64,000 nt of DNA from an uncultured virus (IMG/VR IMGVR_UViG_3300027867_000004) (taxonomy: Duplodnaviria > Heunggongvirae > Uroviricota > Caudoviricetes). Numbering within the stretch: position 1 is the first letter of the stretch; the number at the start of each line of letters is the position of its first letter. Of the stretch, positions 30,551-40,629 are shown one piece after another. The position numbers and the translations under genes were made by a program. The notes under the pieces were generated by a model, which had not been told where the DNA came from, ran no database searches, and worked only from the letters and a program-made list of their open reading frames with translations. The stretch is from IMG/VR virus record IMGVR_UViG_3300027867_000004, one strand, 5' to 3'.

Positions 30551-31321
30551 TTATAATTTTGGGCTGGACTTCACGTTTGCATACATCGCCCGAGTCCATT
30601 GTTCTTCATCACCGTCCATCGTAAACCTGTCAAAGCGGAAAAGACGCTCTTTATATTTGCGCTCCATACTTTCCCCCAGATTTGGGTTACGGGTCTCATA
30701 CCATTTCATCAGGACAAAATACTCTATTACCTGCTCCGCCTCGGCTGGTATAAACTCAGGGCACTCATCCAGGCCTGATGAACGAAAAAACATGACGATC
30801 TCATCACCCGTTTTTATCTGGCATTTTTTAATGTAAGACTGGCGCTGCTTTTTATCCTGTACCACTACACCATAAGGAGGCCGCAAAGTTTGAACTCCGT
30901 AAAGTTCCCCCAGGCCCCAGCTCCATACGCCCCAGCCAAAGGCCTCAATAAACCCGTCTATCTGAAAAAAATCCTCAGCGGTACATAACGTCTGATCGAT
31001 AGAGGTCGAGGGCACATAATTAGGTATCAAAGTATCCATCAAATCTTCACTGATCTCCAGCAAATAATGATGAAACTTACTGCCTACCGGGCGTTTTAAT
31101 ACGGTGAGTAAAGGCTTAATGCAGTCACACGGCCAGTTTACAGTATTATATAAAGTAATGGGTAGTGTTTTTAACGACCAGCAGGGCATTGAATAGATAT
31201 TCATATCCATGATAGCGCTCAGCATATGCCCTTGCAAAATGGTATAATTATGAAAACCAGGTTCACCGGTTGTTTTACACAACTGTTTAAGTTTTAAGTC
31301 GGTAGCAAGCAGCGCACTCAT
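30551..31321 (-). CDS. Putative tail ring/tubular protein
   Basis: One of three 200-260 aa genes between the capsid and muzzle genes. Confidence 0.55.
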   Translation of the reverse strand: MSALLATDLKLKQLCKTTGEPGFHNYTILQGHMLSAIMDMNIYSMPCWSLKTLPITLYNTVNWPCDCIKPLLTVLKRPVGSKFHHYLLEISEDLMDTLIPNYVPSTSIDQTLCTAEDFFQIDGFIEAFGWGVWSWGLGELYGVQTLRPPYGVVVQDKKQRQSYIKKCQIKTGDEIVMFFRSSGLDECPEFIPAEAEQVIEYFVLMKWYETRNPNLGESMERKYKERLFRFDRFTMDGDEEQWTRAMYANVKSSPKL

Positions 31322-31944
31322 TGATTAATATCCTTTCCTGTTTCTGCATACTGTTTTGGCATTTTTCGTTCGCCTGTTAAAAACCCGATCATCAGATCAG
31401 TCACTGTTTTGTAACCATCAGCTGCGAGTAATATAGGTGCATTATCCGGAAGATCCGCTACCTGTACAGGATACTTCGCCCTGAAAAATTGCAATAGAGG
31501 ACTGTTTTTCAGTCCCCAGAACCATACCATGATGGTACCCTCAATCTGATATTTTAACTGCTTATCATAATTTTCATAGTATTCCTGTAAGGCTTCATCT
31601 CCCTGGGTAAGCGGGATAAAAGTTTTACCTGCCTCAGTAGTAATCAGTAGCCCCCTGCCTTTGGGAAGTGGTACAACGGGAGTAGGTAATACCCCGTAAT
31701 AACGCTGACGCGTGGTATCGTACTGAATAGGCAGATTATCAAAAGGCACCAGTATATGCGGATTAATAGCATGTTCCATTTCCGCTTTTCCTTCTACCCA
31801 ATAAGTGCCCAGCTGTACATAATTAACTGCATAGGCAAAATACTCTTCAGCCTCTCCGTAACGTGTACTCATATTAGGGGTAACCACCCCACCATTAACA
31901 GCAAGGAGCGCCTCATAAATCATACTTGCCTTGGTCGCTGCCAT
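31318..31944 (-). CDS. Putative tail ring/tubular protein
   Basis: Synteny, plus a YGVLPTPVVPLPKGRG segment. Confidence 0.55.
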   Translation of the reverse strand: MAATKASMIYEALLAVNGGVVTPNMSTRYGEAEEYFAYAVNYVQLGTYWVEGKAEMEHAINPHILVPFDNLPIQYDTTRQRYYGVLPTPVVPLPKGRGLLITTEAGKTFIPLTQGDEALQEYYENYDKQLKYQIEGTIMVWFWGLKNSPLLQFFRAKYPVQVADLPDNAPILLAADGYKTVTDLMIGFLTGERKMPKQYAETGKDINQ

Positions 31945-32660
31945 TATTGTGATACGGATTGATTAGGATTAAGAGATAACTTCAGCCCCATTCCTGCGTA
32001 TTCCTGCAAGATATCATCACGGGAACTAATACCATATTTTTCAAGCATAAGATATAATAAAAGGTTACTTGCGCTCGGATCCCAGGAAAGGTCTGATGAA
32101 TTACCCGGATCATACTGCTGCACATATTCGCCGTTTACCAAAACATAATTAAAAGCAATATAAGCGTCCGGAGGATAGATTACATACCAAAGTTCATAAG
32201 GAATTTGCTGCTGAGGGTAAAGCTGGATAACTTCATCATAACCAATATAATAGGCTCTTGATTTAGTCAGGTCGGGTTTACGCTGTGGTATGCGCTGCAT
32301 TTCTACGATCTCAGCCTCCATAGCCGGGCTGATCCCATAAAGCATATTTCCGTTATTATCCGTTACAGCCATAGCAACAACCCTGTAAAACAGTTCAGTA
32401 GTTTCTTCCTCCACGCCTACTCTTTGTGGCTGCAATAACTGACCGTTGCTATCCGATACATCAATAATCCTGCGCACCAGTGGCGACAGCATTGTTCTTA
32501 TCTTTTCCGAGGTTTGATACAGGGGACAAAGAATATTTACTGCTTCAAGCTGGACTTCTTTTAGTGCTGAATTAAATTCATCAACAGCGGGCGCTGCCAA
32601 TTGATACTTGGCCGCATAGTTGATCAACCTTTCATACAAAAAGAAATATGTTGAAATCAT
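31944..32660 (-). CDS. Putative tail ring/adaptor protein; start probably ATG 32660
   Basis: Synteny; DEFN...Q N-terminal helix and IQLYP...YVIYP...YDP.NS pattern. Confidence 0.6.
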   Translation of the reverse strand: MISTYFFLYERLINYAAKYQLAAPAVDEFNSALKEVQLEAVNILCPLYQTSEKIRTMLSPLVRRIIDVSDSNGQLLQPQRVGVEEETTELFYRVVAMAVTDNNGNMLYGISPAMEAEIVEMQRIPQRKPDLTKSRAYYIGYDEVIQLYPQQQIPYELWYVIYPPDAYIAFNYVLVNGEYVQQYDPGNSSDLSWDPSASNLLLYLMLEKYGISSRDDILQEYAGMGLKLSLNPNQSVSQ

Positions 32661-32688
32661 AATGTAAATATACATTTTTTGCATTAAC

Positions 32689-32718
32689 AAAAAAGGGCTA
32701 TCATTTCTGATAACCCTT
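32689..32718 (-). terminator. Intrinsic terminator
   Basis: AAGGGCTATCA-TTTC-TGATAACCCTT stem next to an A-run. Confidence 0.65.
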
Positions 32719-32753
32719 CATCAACTATACCCAAAAACTATGAAAAAAGCTTC

Positions 32754-33896
32754 TTAAATATCTATCTGTTCACCTGCGGCCAGCAACTCCTGGGCTTTTT
32801 TCCAAACAGCATATATTTCCTTGTTGTCCTCGTAAGATTTTCTTTGTGAGGCCATCAGTTTAGGACTGTTCAGATCATAGCCATCTATTTTATGCATTTT
32901 AGCCTCCAGCCATTCCTTAGCCTTGATTTGCTTCAGAACTTCTATCTCTTCAGGGGTCAGCTCAGCACGTATCTTGCCTTTTACCGGGATGGCAGTTTCT
33001 TCAAAGGCCTCATCATTGATCGGATTATTCAGCTTAGCCAGCAGATCGATGCCCTTTAACGCTTCATTTATTTTATCCGCGTACAGGAACCATTTTTCAG
33101 CCATATGATTTTTCAGTTCAATGAGTGCATTTTGCCCGAAACCTATAGGTAAAATTTCCTCATTTTTCAAATACCAACGCTGCATGCCATTCAGGCTTTT
33201 AAGCACGAGAACCTTACCATCGATTGCTTCCTGAATCTTTCCGCTGAATATGATCTCACGGCTGTTGGCGCTCTCATAAAACTTAACAGGATCACGATAT
33301 GCCAGTTTTTTCAGTTCATTTTTAACCACCATCGGTGTCATATCATCCACGCCCTGGATACTCATACCTTTAGCCAGATGTTTTAACTGGAGATCACTCC
33401 ATGCATCGGGTCCTACCAGAATACTGATAGCACGAATGTATTTTTCTTCGCGCTCCATATCGGCAGTTGCTTTGGCATTGTCATCCTTAAACCCGTAATA
33501 TATTTGCTGCGCAGAATTACGGAAAGGACTTTGTTCACACATCGGGCGCAGGAACCAGAACAAAAATTCCAGTTCATCAGGAATCAGTACGGTACCATCC
33601 TCCGCCGGGAACAGTGCCAGTGTCTTAGGGTGCGGATAAATGAAATTATGATCTTTATCTTTCTTCTGGGAAGTAGCATATCTTATCGATATTTCTTTCT
33701 CCAGGTGCGGAACATAAACCAGATATACCGGTTTTCCGCCAATACTTTTAGGTGGACGAACTTTATCTTTGTCTACCTGTTTGGTAACGCACTGAATAAT
33801 TTTGCGTCTTACCTGTGGAATAAAGGAGGGGGATATTCCTAAGAACTCCAGTGCCGCCTTTTTAGTCATCGCTTGGTCATCAATGTACAGAGCCAT
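32754..33896 (-). CDS. Conserved-looking hypothetical protein downstream of the capsid gene
   Basis: 380 aa, capsid-adjacent position; function not recognised. Confidence 0.55.
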   Translation of the reverse strand: MALYIDDQAMTKKAALEFLGISPSFIPQVRRKIIQCVTKQVDKDKVRPPKSIGGKPVYLVYVPHLEKEISIRYATSQKKDKDHNFIYPHPKTLALFPAEDGTVLIPDELEFLFWFLRPMCEQSPFRNSAQQIYYGFKDDNAKATADMEREEKYIRAISILVGPDAWSDLQLKHLAKGMSIQGVDDMTPMVVKNELKKLAYRDPVKFYESANSREIIFSGKIQEAIDGKVLVLKSLNGMQRWYLKNEEILPIGFGQNALIELKNHMAEKWFLYADKINEALKGIDLLAKLNNPINDEAFEETAIPVKGKIRAELTPEEIEVLKQIKAKEWLEAKMHKIDGYDLNSPKLMASQRKSYEDNKEIYAVWKKAQELLAAGEQIDI

Positions 33897-33919
33897 TATT
33901 GTTTTTGTTTTAAGTTACA

Positions 33920-34480
33920 CTACACTTGGGTCACATGTGCAGCTTGATTTTGTTGATTATTTTTTGGACTGTTTCTCCTGTTACGTGCTTGCTCTAATCT
34001 GGTAGCCCATCTACAATTTCCTGGTTCATAATTTCCGTTATTGTCGATTCGCTCAATTGTCAGTGAAGGGCTAGGTCTTTCCCCCATATCAGCTAAAAAA
34101 TTAGAAAAATCTTTTCTCCACCTTTCGCAAACAGTTATTCCTCTTTCAGCGTAATTATGGTACTCTTTATTTTTAGGATTAGTACATCTTTGAATCATAC
34201 AATCCCAAATAATATACTCTCGCGTTTTACTCCGTCCATCTTTAAACATGGGGTTTAATTCTCCGGGTTTATTTTTAACACTTAAACAACCACATGATAT
34301 CTTATCCTGTTTTAAAAATTTATCCGGGCGAACTTTGCACTCATTACCACAACTACATAAACATTTAAGATAAGTAGTTTCATGGTTATTTCTCCCTTCT
34401 ACCCTTCTAAACACTGAAAGCACGGTTACTTTTGACTTTGTTTGTCCTATGAAATGACTATAATCTCTACATTTAATCAT
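33920..34480 (-). CDS. HNH-like homing endonuclease (CxCxCG...SCGC...RC.NP...[18 protein letters not shown] type)
   Basis: Motifs as named. The likely start is ATG 34480, because the longer ORF would run through the capsid terminator. Confidence 0.85.
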   Translation of the reverse strand: MIKCRDYSHFIGQTKSKVTVLSVFRRVEGRNNHETTYLKCLCSCGNECKVRPDKFLKQDKISCGCLSVKNKPGELNPMFKDGRSKTREYIIWDCMIQRCTNPKNKEYHNYAERGITVCERWRKDFSNFLADMGERPSPSLTIERIDNNGNYEPGNCRWATRLEQARNRRNSPKNNQQNQAAHVTQV

Positions 34481-34489
34481 AGCCAAAAA

Positions 34490-34534
34490 TAAAAAGAAAG
34501 ATTGCCAAATCCAAATTGGAAATGACAATCTTTC
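34490..34534 (-). terminator. Terminator hairpin after the major capsid gene
   Basis: GAAAGATTG...CAATCTTTC inverted repeat with an adjacent A-run. Confidence 0.6.
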
Positions 34535-34544
34535 AAGTATTTAA

Positions 34545-36017
34545 TTATTGAGGAGTTATTTTAATCCATTGGTTACCTAAACCCCCGTCAAAAGCTATTT
34601 CAGACAGAACATCCATCTGGTAAGCATCCAATGAGTTGGTTGGGGTATGGCGGATAGGTGCACCACCGGTCCATGCAATAGACATTTCACGGTTATATCC
34701 GTTCAGTGCCTTGTACTTGTAACCGATTGATGGAGACCAGCCGTCATCTCCTTCAGGATTTTTATAAGAGGTTATAGGACCTGCATAACCCGTATTTGGC
34801 CATGGATACCCGGTAGTACCTGCTTCCTGCACATCATCCAGTTCAAACTGGTGTTTTTTAATGATGTTATAAGAATTTTTACGGATACCCGCAAAATCCA
34901 GCCACAGGAAGAAGTCCATCGGACTATCCATCTGTTCTACCATCGGACCAATACTTGGTTTAAACGGCCAGGTAGAAGCAGCATAATTAAAGCAGGTGTT
35001 GTCCATGTAATCTTTCAACATGGTACTGATCTGTGAATCCAGATTAAAAGCCACCTGCATGATGATATTTTTCGTACCTACGCGCTCACGGTTAAATATT
35101 TCCGTGGTAGCATCAAAATCATCAATATCGAATGATCCTGCGCTATACGGCAGAATATTACCGTAAGTAGACACGTAATCATCAAAACCCTGAGTGGTCT
35201 TATTAGGTACATTAAAACCGGTAGAATCAGATAACGATGTTAAGTTATCAGATTGTTTACCGAAGAATAACGCACCGCCCACACGCTGGAATTGTAACCT
35301 GTCCGTTGCATCAGCACCCAGGATCATCAGTGAACCTTCCTGTCCTTCGATATTCACGAAAGGCAGTTTGTTGGTAGCTGAAGTACCTGTTTCTGAGAAA
35401 GCAGATTTAACGATCTGGGTATTGTTAGACCAGCGGAATACACGTGGAGTTTTTGGTTTAGCACCAAAGGTACCTTCACCAAAAGCATTGGTTGGTAACC
35501 AGTAACGACCACCAGTCACCAGTTTAGTAGCGATATCATTCGCCTGTAAAGCTGGTTTTACAGTGATCTGGAACGGATTAGTGGCCATGTTCACGCCACC
35601 TTTTACTACCTGAACCTGCGAACCATCAATCAGCTGGATAATATCCATCTCAGCCAGGTAAGAAAAAGTACCTGTCACGTTGCCTGGCATTGTATTGGTA
35701 TACATGGATGTCGGGTCGAGTGAAAAGGTTACCGGGGTACCAGGACCTGTCGATGGAGTAACAATTGCTCCAACAACAAAGTTGTTGATAATCCAGTCTT
35801 CTTCCCAGTGTGCGATAGTTGGTCCGATCAGTGCCGAGCCGAGGCCGAGTTCACGAAGGGTATGATAAAAATTCTTGGTGTAGTTATGTCTAACCATCAG
35901 TTGCTTGCGCACCTGTGGAATATCCGCGGCCAGTTGCCATGCGGTAAAGAGTCCCTCACTGTTTACCGCCTGAATAGCGGTAGGGGACGTTGCGTAATTA
36001 TATGCGGGAGCTGCCAT
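34545..36017 (-). CDS. Major capsid protein (crAss-like size and position)
   Basis: 490 aa after portal and scaffold; NNTQIVK and TTQGFDDYV motifs; followed by a terminator. Confidence 0.8.
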   Translation of the reverse strand: MAAPAYNYATSPTAIQAVNSEGLFTAWQLAADIPQVRKQLMVRHNYTKNFYHTLRELGLGSALIGPTIAHWEEDWIINNFVVGAIVTPSTGPGTPVTFSLDPTSMYTNTMPGNVTGTFSYLAEMDIIQLIDGSQVQVVKGGVNMATNPFQITVKPALQANDIATKLVTGGRYWLPTNAFGEGTFGAKPKTPRVFRWSNNTQIVKSAFSETGTSATNKLPFVNIEGQEGSLMILGADATDRLQFQRVGGALFFGKQSDNLTSLSDSTGFNVPNKTTQGFDDYVSTYGNILPYSAGSFDIDDFDATTEIFNRERVGTKNIIMQVAFNLDSQISTMLKDYMDNTCFNYAASTWPFKPSIGPMVEQMDSPMDFFLWLDFAGIRKNSYNIIKKHQFELDDVQEAGTTGYPWPNTGYAGPITSYKNPEGDDGWSPSIGYKYKALNGYNREMSIAWTGGAPIRHTPTNSLDAYQMDVLSEIAFDGGLGNQWIKITPQ

Positions 36018-36028
36018 TTTTTAAAGGT

Positions 36029-37201
36029 TTAAATTTCGCCTGCTGCTTGCAAGGCTTTAGTGATACCATCCACCCTTTCCTGCTGTTTAGTTTTACCAAG
36101 CGGCTCTGCAGCAGTACCACGATTAATCGGTGAAGCATTAGTATACTCCGCCCGTACACGCAGTTCTGTTTTCGAGGCCACATCGATCAGCCAATTTTTG
36201 TAGTTCTGTAAGATTAGTACGTTATCCGAGAAAGTTTTTATAGCTGCCTGCCCTTTTTCATCAGCTGTCAGTGCATCCCAATTAGATGCTACCATATCGG
36301 CAGTTGCTTTGGCAATGGTCGCTTTACTTTCTTCACTGATCGGAAGATCAACCCGGATAGCTGTTTCGTCTTCTTTCCCATTAATGGATACTCCTTTAAA
36401 AGAGTTAGCCAATACATCCGCAACTACATTTTTAGCAACAGGTTCAAGCTTAGTAATTTGCTCGTTGTATTGCTGTTGTAACAGTTGTTGCTGCTTCTCG
36501 GCGTCTTGCGCTGCCTGGTTTACAGGTGCCTGAGATACTTCAGCTTTATGGGTTTTTAAGAAATCTCTATCGGCAGTGCTATCTATCTTTAATGCAATTT
36601 CTGCATTTTTATCCAGAACAGCGTTAGGGTCGTCAAGATCAATCTTATACTTATCCGAAAGATAAGTCTTTGCCTCGTCTGAAGTAAGCCCGAATTTTAC
36701 CTGTAAAGCAAGAGCACTTGCCTCCATGGGTTTTAAAGCGTCAATGTCTGTTACTTTGTTGATGGTCATGAAAGCATTTATCTGGCTTTCATTAGCACCT
36801 GCGCGATACAGTTCATTTAGCTTTTTAGTAAAATCATTGGCGAACGGGTCTGCGGTTTTCAGGGAGGTGTTCTCCTGCTCAAATGTCTTCAGGCGACTTT
36901 CTAAGTCCGGTAATTTCTTTGAGGCTTCTAAAAGTGCGGCGATGTCGTCTTTACTTTTGACAGCTCCCCCGGTAATCTTTACCAGTTCTTCATCAAAGTT
37001 AAACGGTGCCGCTGCAGGCGGTTCTACTTTATTTTCAGGAGCAGCTGGTTTAGCTGCCGGTGGTTCTTGTGTTGGTGGATCTATAGTCGCCGGAGCTGCA
37101 TTATCAGTTGGTGGATCTTGTACGGGTGCGGGTATATCTAACCCGTTTGCATCTGGTGTACCTTCTACGGTTTTGAAAAATTGCTCTGCGGTGATTGTCA
37201 T
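36029..37201 (-). CDS. Putative capsid scaffolding protein
   Basis: Pro/Ala/acidic disordered N-terminus and coiled coils, directly upstream of the capsid gene. Confidence 0.65.
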   Translation of the reverse strand: MTITAEQFFKTVEGTPDANGLDIPAPVQDPPTDNAAPATIDPPTQEPPAAKPAAPENKVEPPAAAPFNFDEELVKITGGAVKSKDDIAALLEASKKLPDLESRLKTFEQENTSLKTADPFANDFTKKLNELYRAGANESQINAFMTINKVTDIDALKPMEASALALQVKFGLTSDEAKTYLSDKYKIDLDDPNAVLDKNAEIALKIDSTADRDFLKTHKAEVSQAPVNQAAQDAEKQQQLLQQQYNEQITKLEPVAKNVVADVLANSFKGVSINGKEDETAIRVDLPISEESKATIAKATADMVASNWDALTADEKGQAAIKTFSDNVLILQNYKNWLIDVASKTELRVRAEYTNASPINRGTAAEPLGKTKQQERVDGITKALQAAGEI

Positions 37202-37217
37202 AAAATAATTATTTTAT

Positions 37218-37239
37218 CAAATATAAATGTTTATTTTTG
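37218..37239. promoter_or_regulatory. Divergent Bacteroidota -7 promoter boxes
   Basis: TATATTTG on - (37218-37225) before the scaffold gene and TATTTTTG on + (37232-37239) before ORF 37258; consensus TAnnTTTG. Confidence 0.6.
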
Positions 37240-37257
37240 AAGAATGCAAACTAAAAT

Positions 37258-37728
37258 ATGAATACTAAATCCACTCTTAGAAACCAGGACCTGTTTTCTT
37301 TTATATTTAAAGACCAAAAACAGGAAAACCCCTTTCAATTTATTGTTAACCTGCCGTCAGATTTTAAAGAAACTGTAACTAAGCCAATGCTGGCCTCTGA
37401 TAAAGATCATACGCTAAAGTTAGACGAATTTGCAGCCTTTCAATTAAATATTGATGTAGGTATCAATATGTTTTATTTTTGCTTTATCCGGGTGATGTCC
37501 TATCAAAAGCGCAGATCATTCCTAGAATATCAATTTTTCAAAACAGCTCATAAACTAACTTTTCTATACAGGATTGAAAGTTTAGCATCCATGAATTACT
37601 GGTACGCTTTTGGTGAAAATTCTTATTATAACCCTGACACGGAGAAAGAAGTGATGAGCTGGATACTGGAAAAATATTCAGGAGCTGTAAATAGTAAACC
37701 TACCAAAATGAAAATTATAAAACCATGA
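37258..37728 (+). CDS. Hypothetical protein
   Basis: 156-aa ORF with a promoter box, coupled to groES. Confidence 0.6.
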   Translation: MNTKSTLRNQDLFSFIFKDQKQENPFQFIVNLPSDFKETVTKPMLASDKDHTLKLDEFAAFQLNIDVGINMFYFCFIRVMSYQKRRSFLEYQFFKTAHKLTFLYRIESLASMNYWYAFGENSYYNPDTEKEVMSWILEKYSGAVNSKPTKMKIIKP

Positions 37729-37982
37729 GCATAACTTTGATGGGTAACCGCTGCGTTGTAATTCCAGATACTGCGCATGATAGTATTCACGGAATTTATT
37801 TGCCTGATCAGTCAAAAGAAGAACGCCATACTGGTTTAGTTGTTCTGATCGGAGATAATGTAGATAAGAAATTTGATAAACGAAGGGTACTTTTTAACAA
37901 GAATGTCAAAGAAAATATGACTCTTGAAGGCCTGGACGCCTACCTGATGTATGTTCACGATATTATTGCTATCTTAGACTAA
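37725..37982 (+). CDS. groES: GroES/Cpn10-like co-chaperonin
   Basis: LMGNRCVVIP, GIYLPDQSKE, GLVVLIG, RVLFNK and LMYVHDIIAIL. Confidence 0.8.
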   Translation: MSITLMGNRCVVIPDTAHDSIHGIYLPDQSKEERHTGLVVLIGDNVDKKFDKRRVLFNKNVKENMTLEGLDAYLMYVHDIIAILD

Positions 37983-38161
37983 TGGAAGAAGATGAAGAAA
38001 GGGTATGGTTCATTCCCATCCCACGACAAAAACCACCTCACCCGGAACTATTTGAATCCCCTAAATATCTCGGCTCAGACCAGACTAAGGAAGAGAATGA
38101 ACTGATATTTCACGCGCCAAGCGAGCAGTATTATGCCAACGCGAATAAAGAAAACAGGTAA
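37982..38161 (+). CDS. 59-aa hypothetical protein; not in the ORF track
   Basis: TAATG coupling to groES; MEEDEERVWFIPIPRQKPP... Confidence 0.45.
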   Translation: MEEDEERVWFIPIPRQKPPHPELFESPKYLGSDQTKEENELIFHAPSEQYYANANKENR

Positions 38162-38163
38162 CC

Positions 38164-40587
38164 CTAAGCACTTCGCCTGGTATGTTGTCCCCAGATATTT
38201 TTAACTGCTTCCAGCCTCAGATTATCTCCTGACTCCTGGCGTTTAAGTAATGCCTCCAGTTTATATTTAGTCTGTAGTTCCTGAATTTTATTCCTTAACT
38301 CATTATCTGCAGCTTGTTGTTCACTCTGCTGATCGTTCTGAGCGGCCTGCTGGTTAGAAGCCATCTGTGATTGCTGGTTCTGCTGTACCAAAGCCTGCTG
38401 TTTCTGTTCATCCTCTTTCTCACGGGCACTGATGATTTGGGAAAGCGCGAGCTGTGCCTGAATAAGTTTGCCGGATTTAATCATGTTATAAAGTAGGATA
38501 TAGTCAGCCTCGTTAATACCTCCGGCACCAGACTGACGGCGCAAATTGCGCATATCTTTGATATCCTGTACCATGTCCGCTTTCTCCTGGTCAGTAATAG
38601 CTGCGTGTGTTTTCAGATCGAAATCATAATCTTGCAAGTCAGAACCAATTTTAACTGTTTTAAGTGCCCTATTGATAGAAAGTTTCTTACGTTCATCATC
38701 CGAAATATAAGTGGCCACTACCTGCCATTTCTTTACTTTGATGCGCTCTCCCCCCTCAAACAAGTACTGGTGCGCTTTAACGATTGGCGTTAAACTGTTT
38801 TGAGTAGCCTGCATCAGTGTATTGGTTACTCCAACTGCCTCTTTCCGGTCCGGAGTTTGAGCCGAAAATATTTGGTTGATACCTGTTATTTTCTCAATCA
38901 TGAGGATGGAATCCTCCCGGTCTTGCCTCCAAGCCATCAGTTGCCCAATCACATCTGTACCAATAGGGTTGACTGGCTTTGCACCACCATTATTCTGCCC
39001 CCACTGGTTCTTACTATCCCCGATCAGGAAACCTTCCTCCTGCAACAGACGCATAAGTTTCATCGGTGACCAGGTTACTTTATCGATCACCACATTCTCC
39101 AGCATTGATTTATCAATGAACAAGTTTGGCGGTGCCGGCATTTTCATACGAGCTACCCGAAGTTTGTAATTAGAAAGATTGGCATCATCTACAAAACCTA
39201 TGCAGCGTTCTACCAGGCTGATATTACCTGTACGGGTAAACTTAAATGGAAATATAGGCTCCATCTGTCCTTTATTGTTCCGTTCAAAAGCAATATCCTC
39301 GGCTTCCCCGTAATCAAATATGTGCTGGGTGCCCATCACCATCTTAGCTTTATACACCGTCCGGGAACGATAAGTATTTAAAGTTTTTCCTTTACGAATA
39401 TCATAAGAGGTCAACTCATAATCACTTTTTACCTCGTTAAGCGCCACATTACCTTCTTTTTCACGGATGATAGAAGTTACTGCTTTATCTTTATATCCGA
39501 ACCAGGCACAGTCAGCCACATCCACCTCGATCTGATCCATCATCTGCATACCAAAATCCATATTATTCCGGTCACGCTGCACATTGAAATAAAAATTAGC
39601 ATATCCTCGGGTACCGGAATTACCACTGGCATAAAGTTTAGCGATCTTAATCAGTTCATCTTCCGGGAGATTCAATTCTTTCCTTAACCTTCCAACAGTC
39701 CACTTTGGTATGTGCCCGCCCCAGGTAATATCCCGGTAATCATGATAAGTAGAATTAGGTACCATTGCCAGGTCCGGATCAATATAATCCTCCAGTACAA
39801 TGTTGGTATTTTGATTGGTGTAAATTCGTTTTCCAGCTACAGATAAGGTAAGAAGGTCATTTTTATAAAGATCATTTAAACTATCAGCTACACTATCCTC
39901 AGAAGATTTTGATAGTAGTGTTTGCATAGCGGCTTCCTGTTCCAGAAAGAAAACACCTACCGCCGCTGCTACGTCTACCTCTTTAGGAGAATTAAACTGC
40001 GTACCACCGGGCATCTCTGAAGGGTCTTTATCCTGCAACAGCGATCTTCCTGCTGCCTGATTGACCTGGTTTTTCATAAATTCATACTGCTCATCGGCAT
40101 ACATTTTAGCCATGGCCACAGCAGTTTTTTTACCTATCAAAGACTGATAATCGATTGCAGAAATGTCTACATCATAATTGATTTTCTGCATGTAACCCAT
40201 TACCACATCCATCTTCTCCGGAAGAATTTGCAGAACATCCCATGAAATATTTGCAGTAGTTTTTCTTTCTCCTGATGCTCTGCGTGCATCATCTATACCC
40301 AGGCCTTTATTTACTTCTTTTAGCCCGGTGCTAAGCATATAACCTTTATACTTATTCGGATTATTTTGCCCTTGACGATAAGCCCTGAGCTCCGAGAAAG
40401 AACGTTTAGTACCCCAGTTATCATAAGGATAGGCGCAATTATTATTTATAAACCTGGAAATTATAGCGTTACAGCAGTGAACAAAGTATTGAGGATCCTT
40501 ACGCTGGGTCTGTGTGAGATTTTCTTCATCCGGAAAAGGAGTCTGCTTTTCAGACTTATACATTTTAGCGGTAGCGAGCTCTCTCAT
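38164..40587 (-). CDS. Portal protein
   Basis: 807 aa directly after terL; LRAYRQG, ISWDVLQILPEKMDVVMG, SLVERCIGFVD, ITGINQI and a Gln-rich C-terminal coil. Confidence 0.82.
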   Translation of the reverse strand: MRELATAKMYKSEKQTPFPDEENLTQTQRKDPQYFVHCCNAIISRFINNNCAYPYDNWGTKRSFSELRAYRQGQNNPNKYKGYMLSTGLKEVNKGLGIDDARRASGERKTTANISWDVLQILPEKMDVVMGYMQKINYDVDISAIDYQSLIGKKTAVAMAKMYADEQYEFMKNQVNQAAGRSLLQDKDPSEMPGGTQFNSPKEVDVAAAVGVFFLEQEAAMQTLLSKSSEDSVADSLNDLYKNDLLTLSVAGKRIYTNQNTNIVLEDYIDPDLAMVPNSTYHDYRDITWGGHIPKWTVGRLRKELNLPEDELIKIAKLYASGNSGTRGYANFYFNVQRDRNNMDFGMQMMDQIEVDVADCAWFGYKDKAVTSIIREKEGNVALNEVKSDYELTSYDIRKGKTLNTYRSRTVYKAKMVMGTQHIFDYGEAEDIAFERNNKGQMEPIFPFKFTRTGNISLVERCIGFVDDANLSNYKLRVARMKMPAPPNLFIDKSMLENVVIDKVTWSPMKLMRLLQEEGFLIGDSKNQWGQNNGGAKPVNPIGTDVIGQLMAWRQDREDSILMIEKITGINQIFSAQTPDRKEAVGVTNTLMQATQNSLTPIVKAHQYLFEGGERIKVKKWQVVATYISDDERKKLSINRALKTVKIGSDLQDYDFDLKTHAAITDQEKADMVQDIKDMRNLRRQSGAGGINEADYILLYNMIKSGKLIQAQLALSQIISAREKEDEQKQQALVQQNQQSQMASNQQAAQNDQQSEQQAADNELRNKIQELQTKYKLEALLKRQESGDNLRLEAVKNIWGQHTRRSA

Positions 40588-40629
40588 ATCGGGATATAAA
40601 GTTAATTGCTTTTTTCGTTATTACAATAG

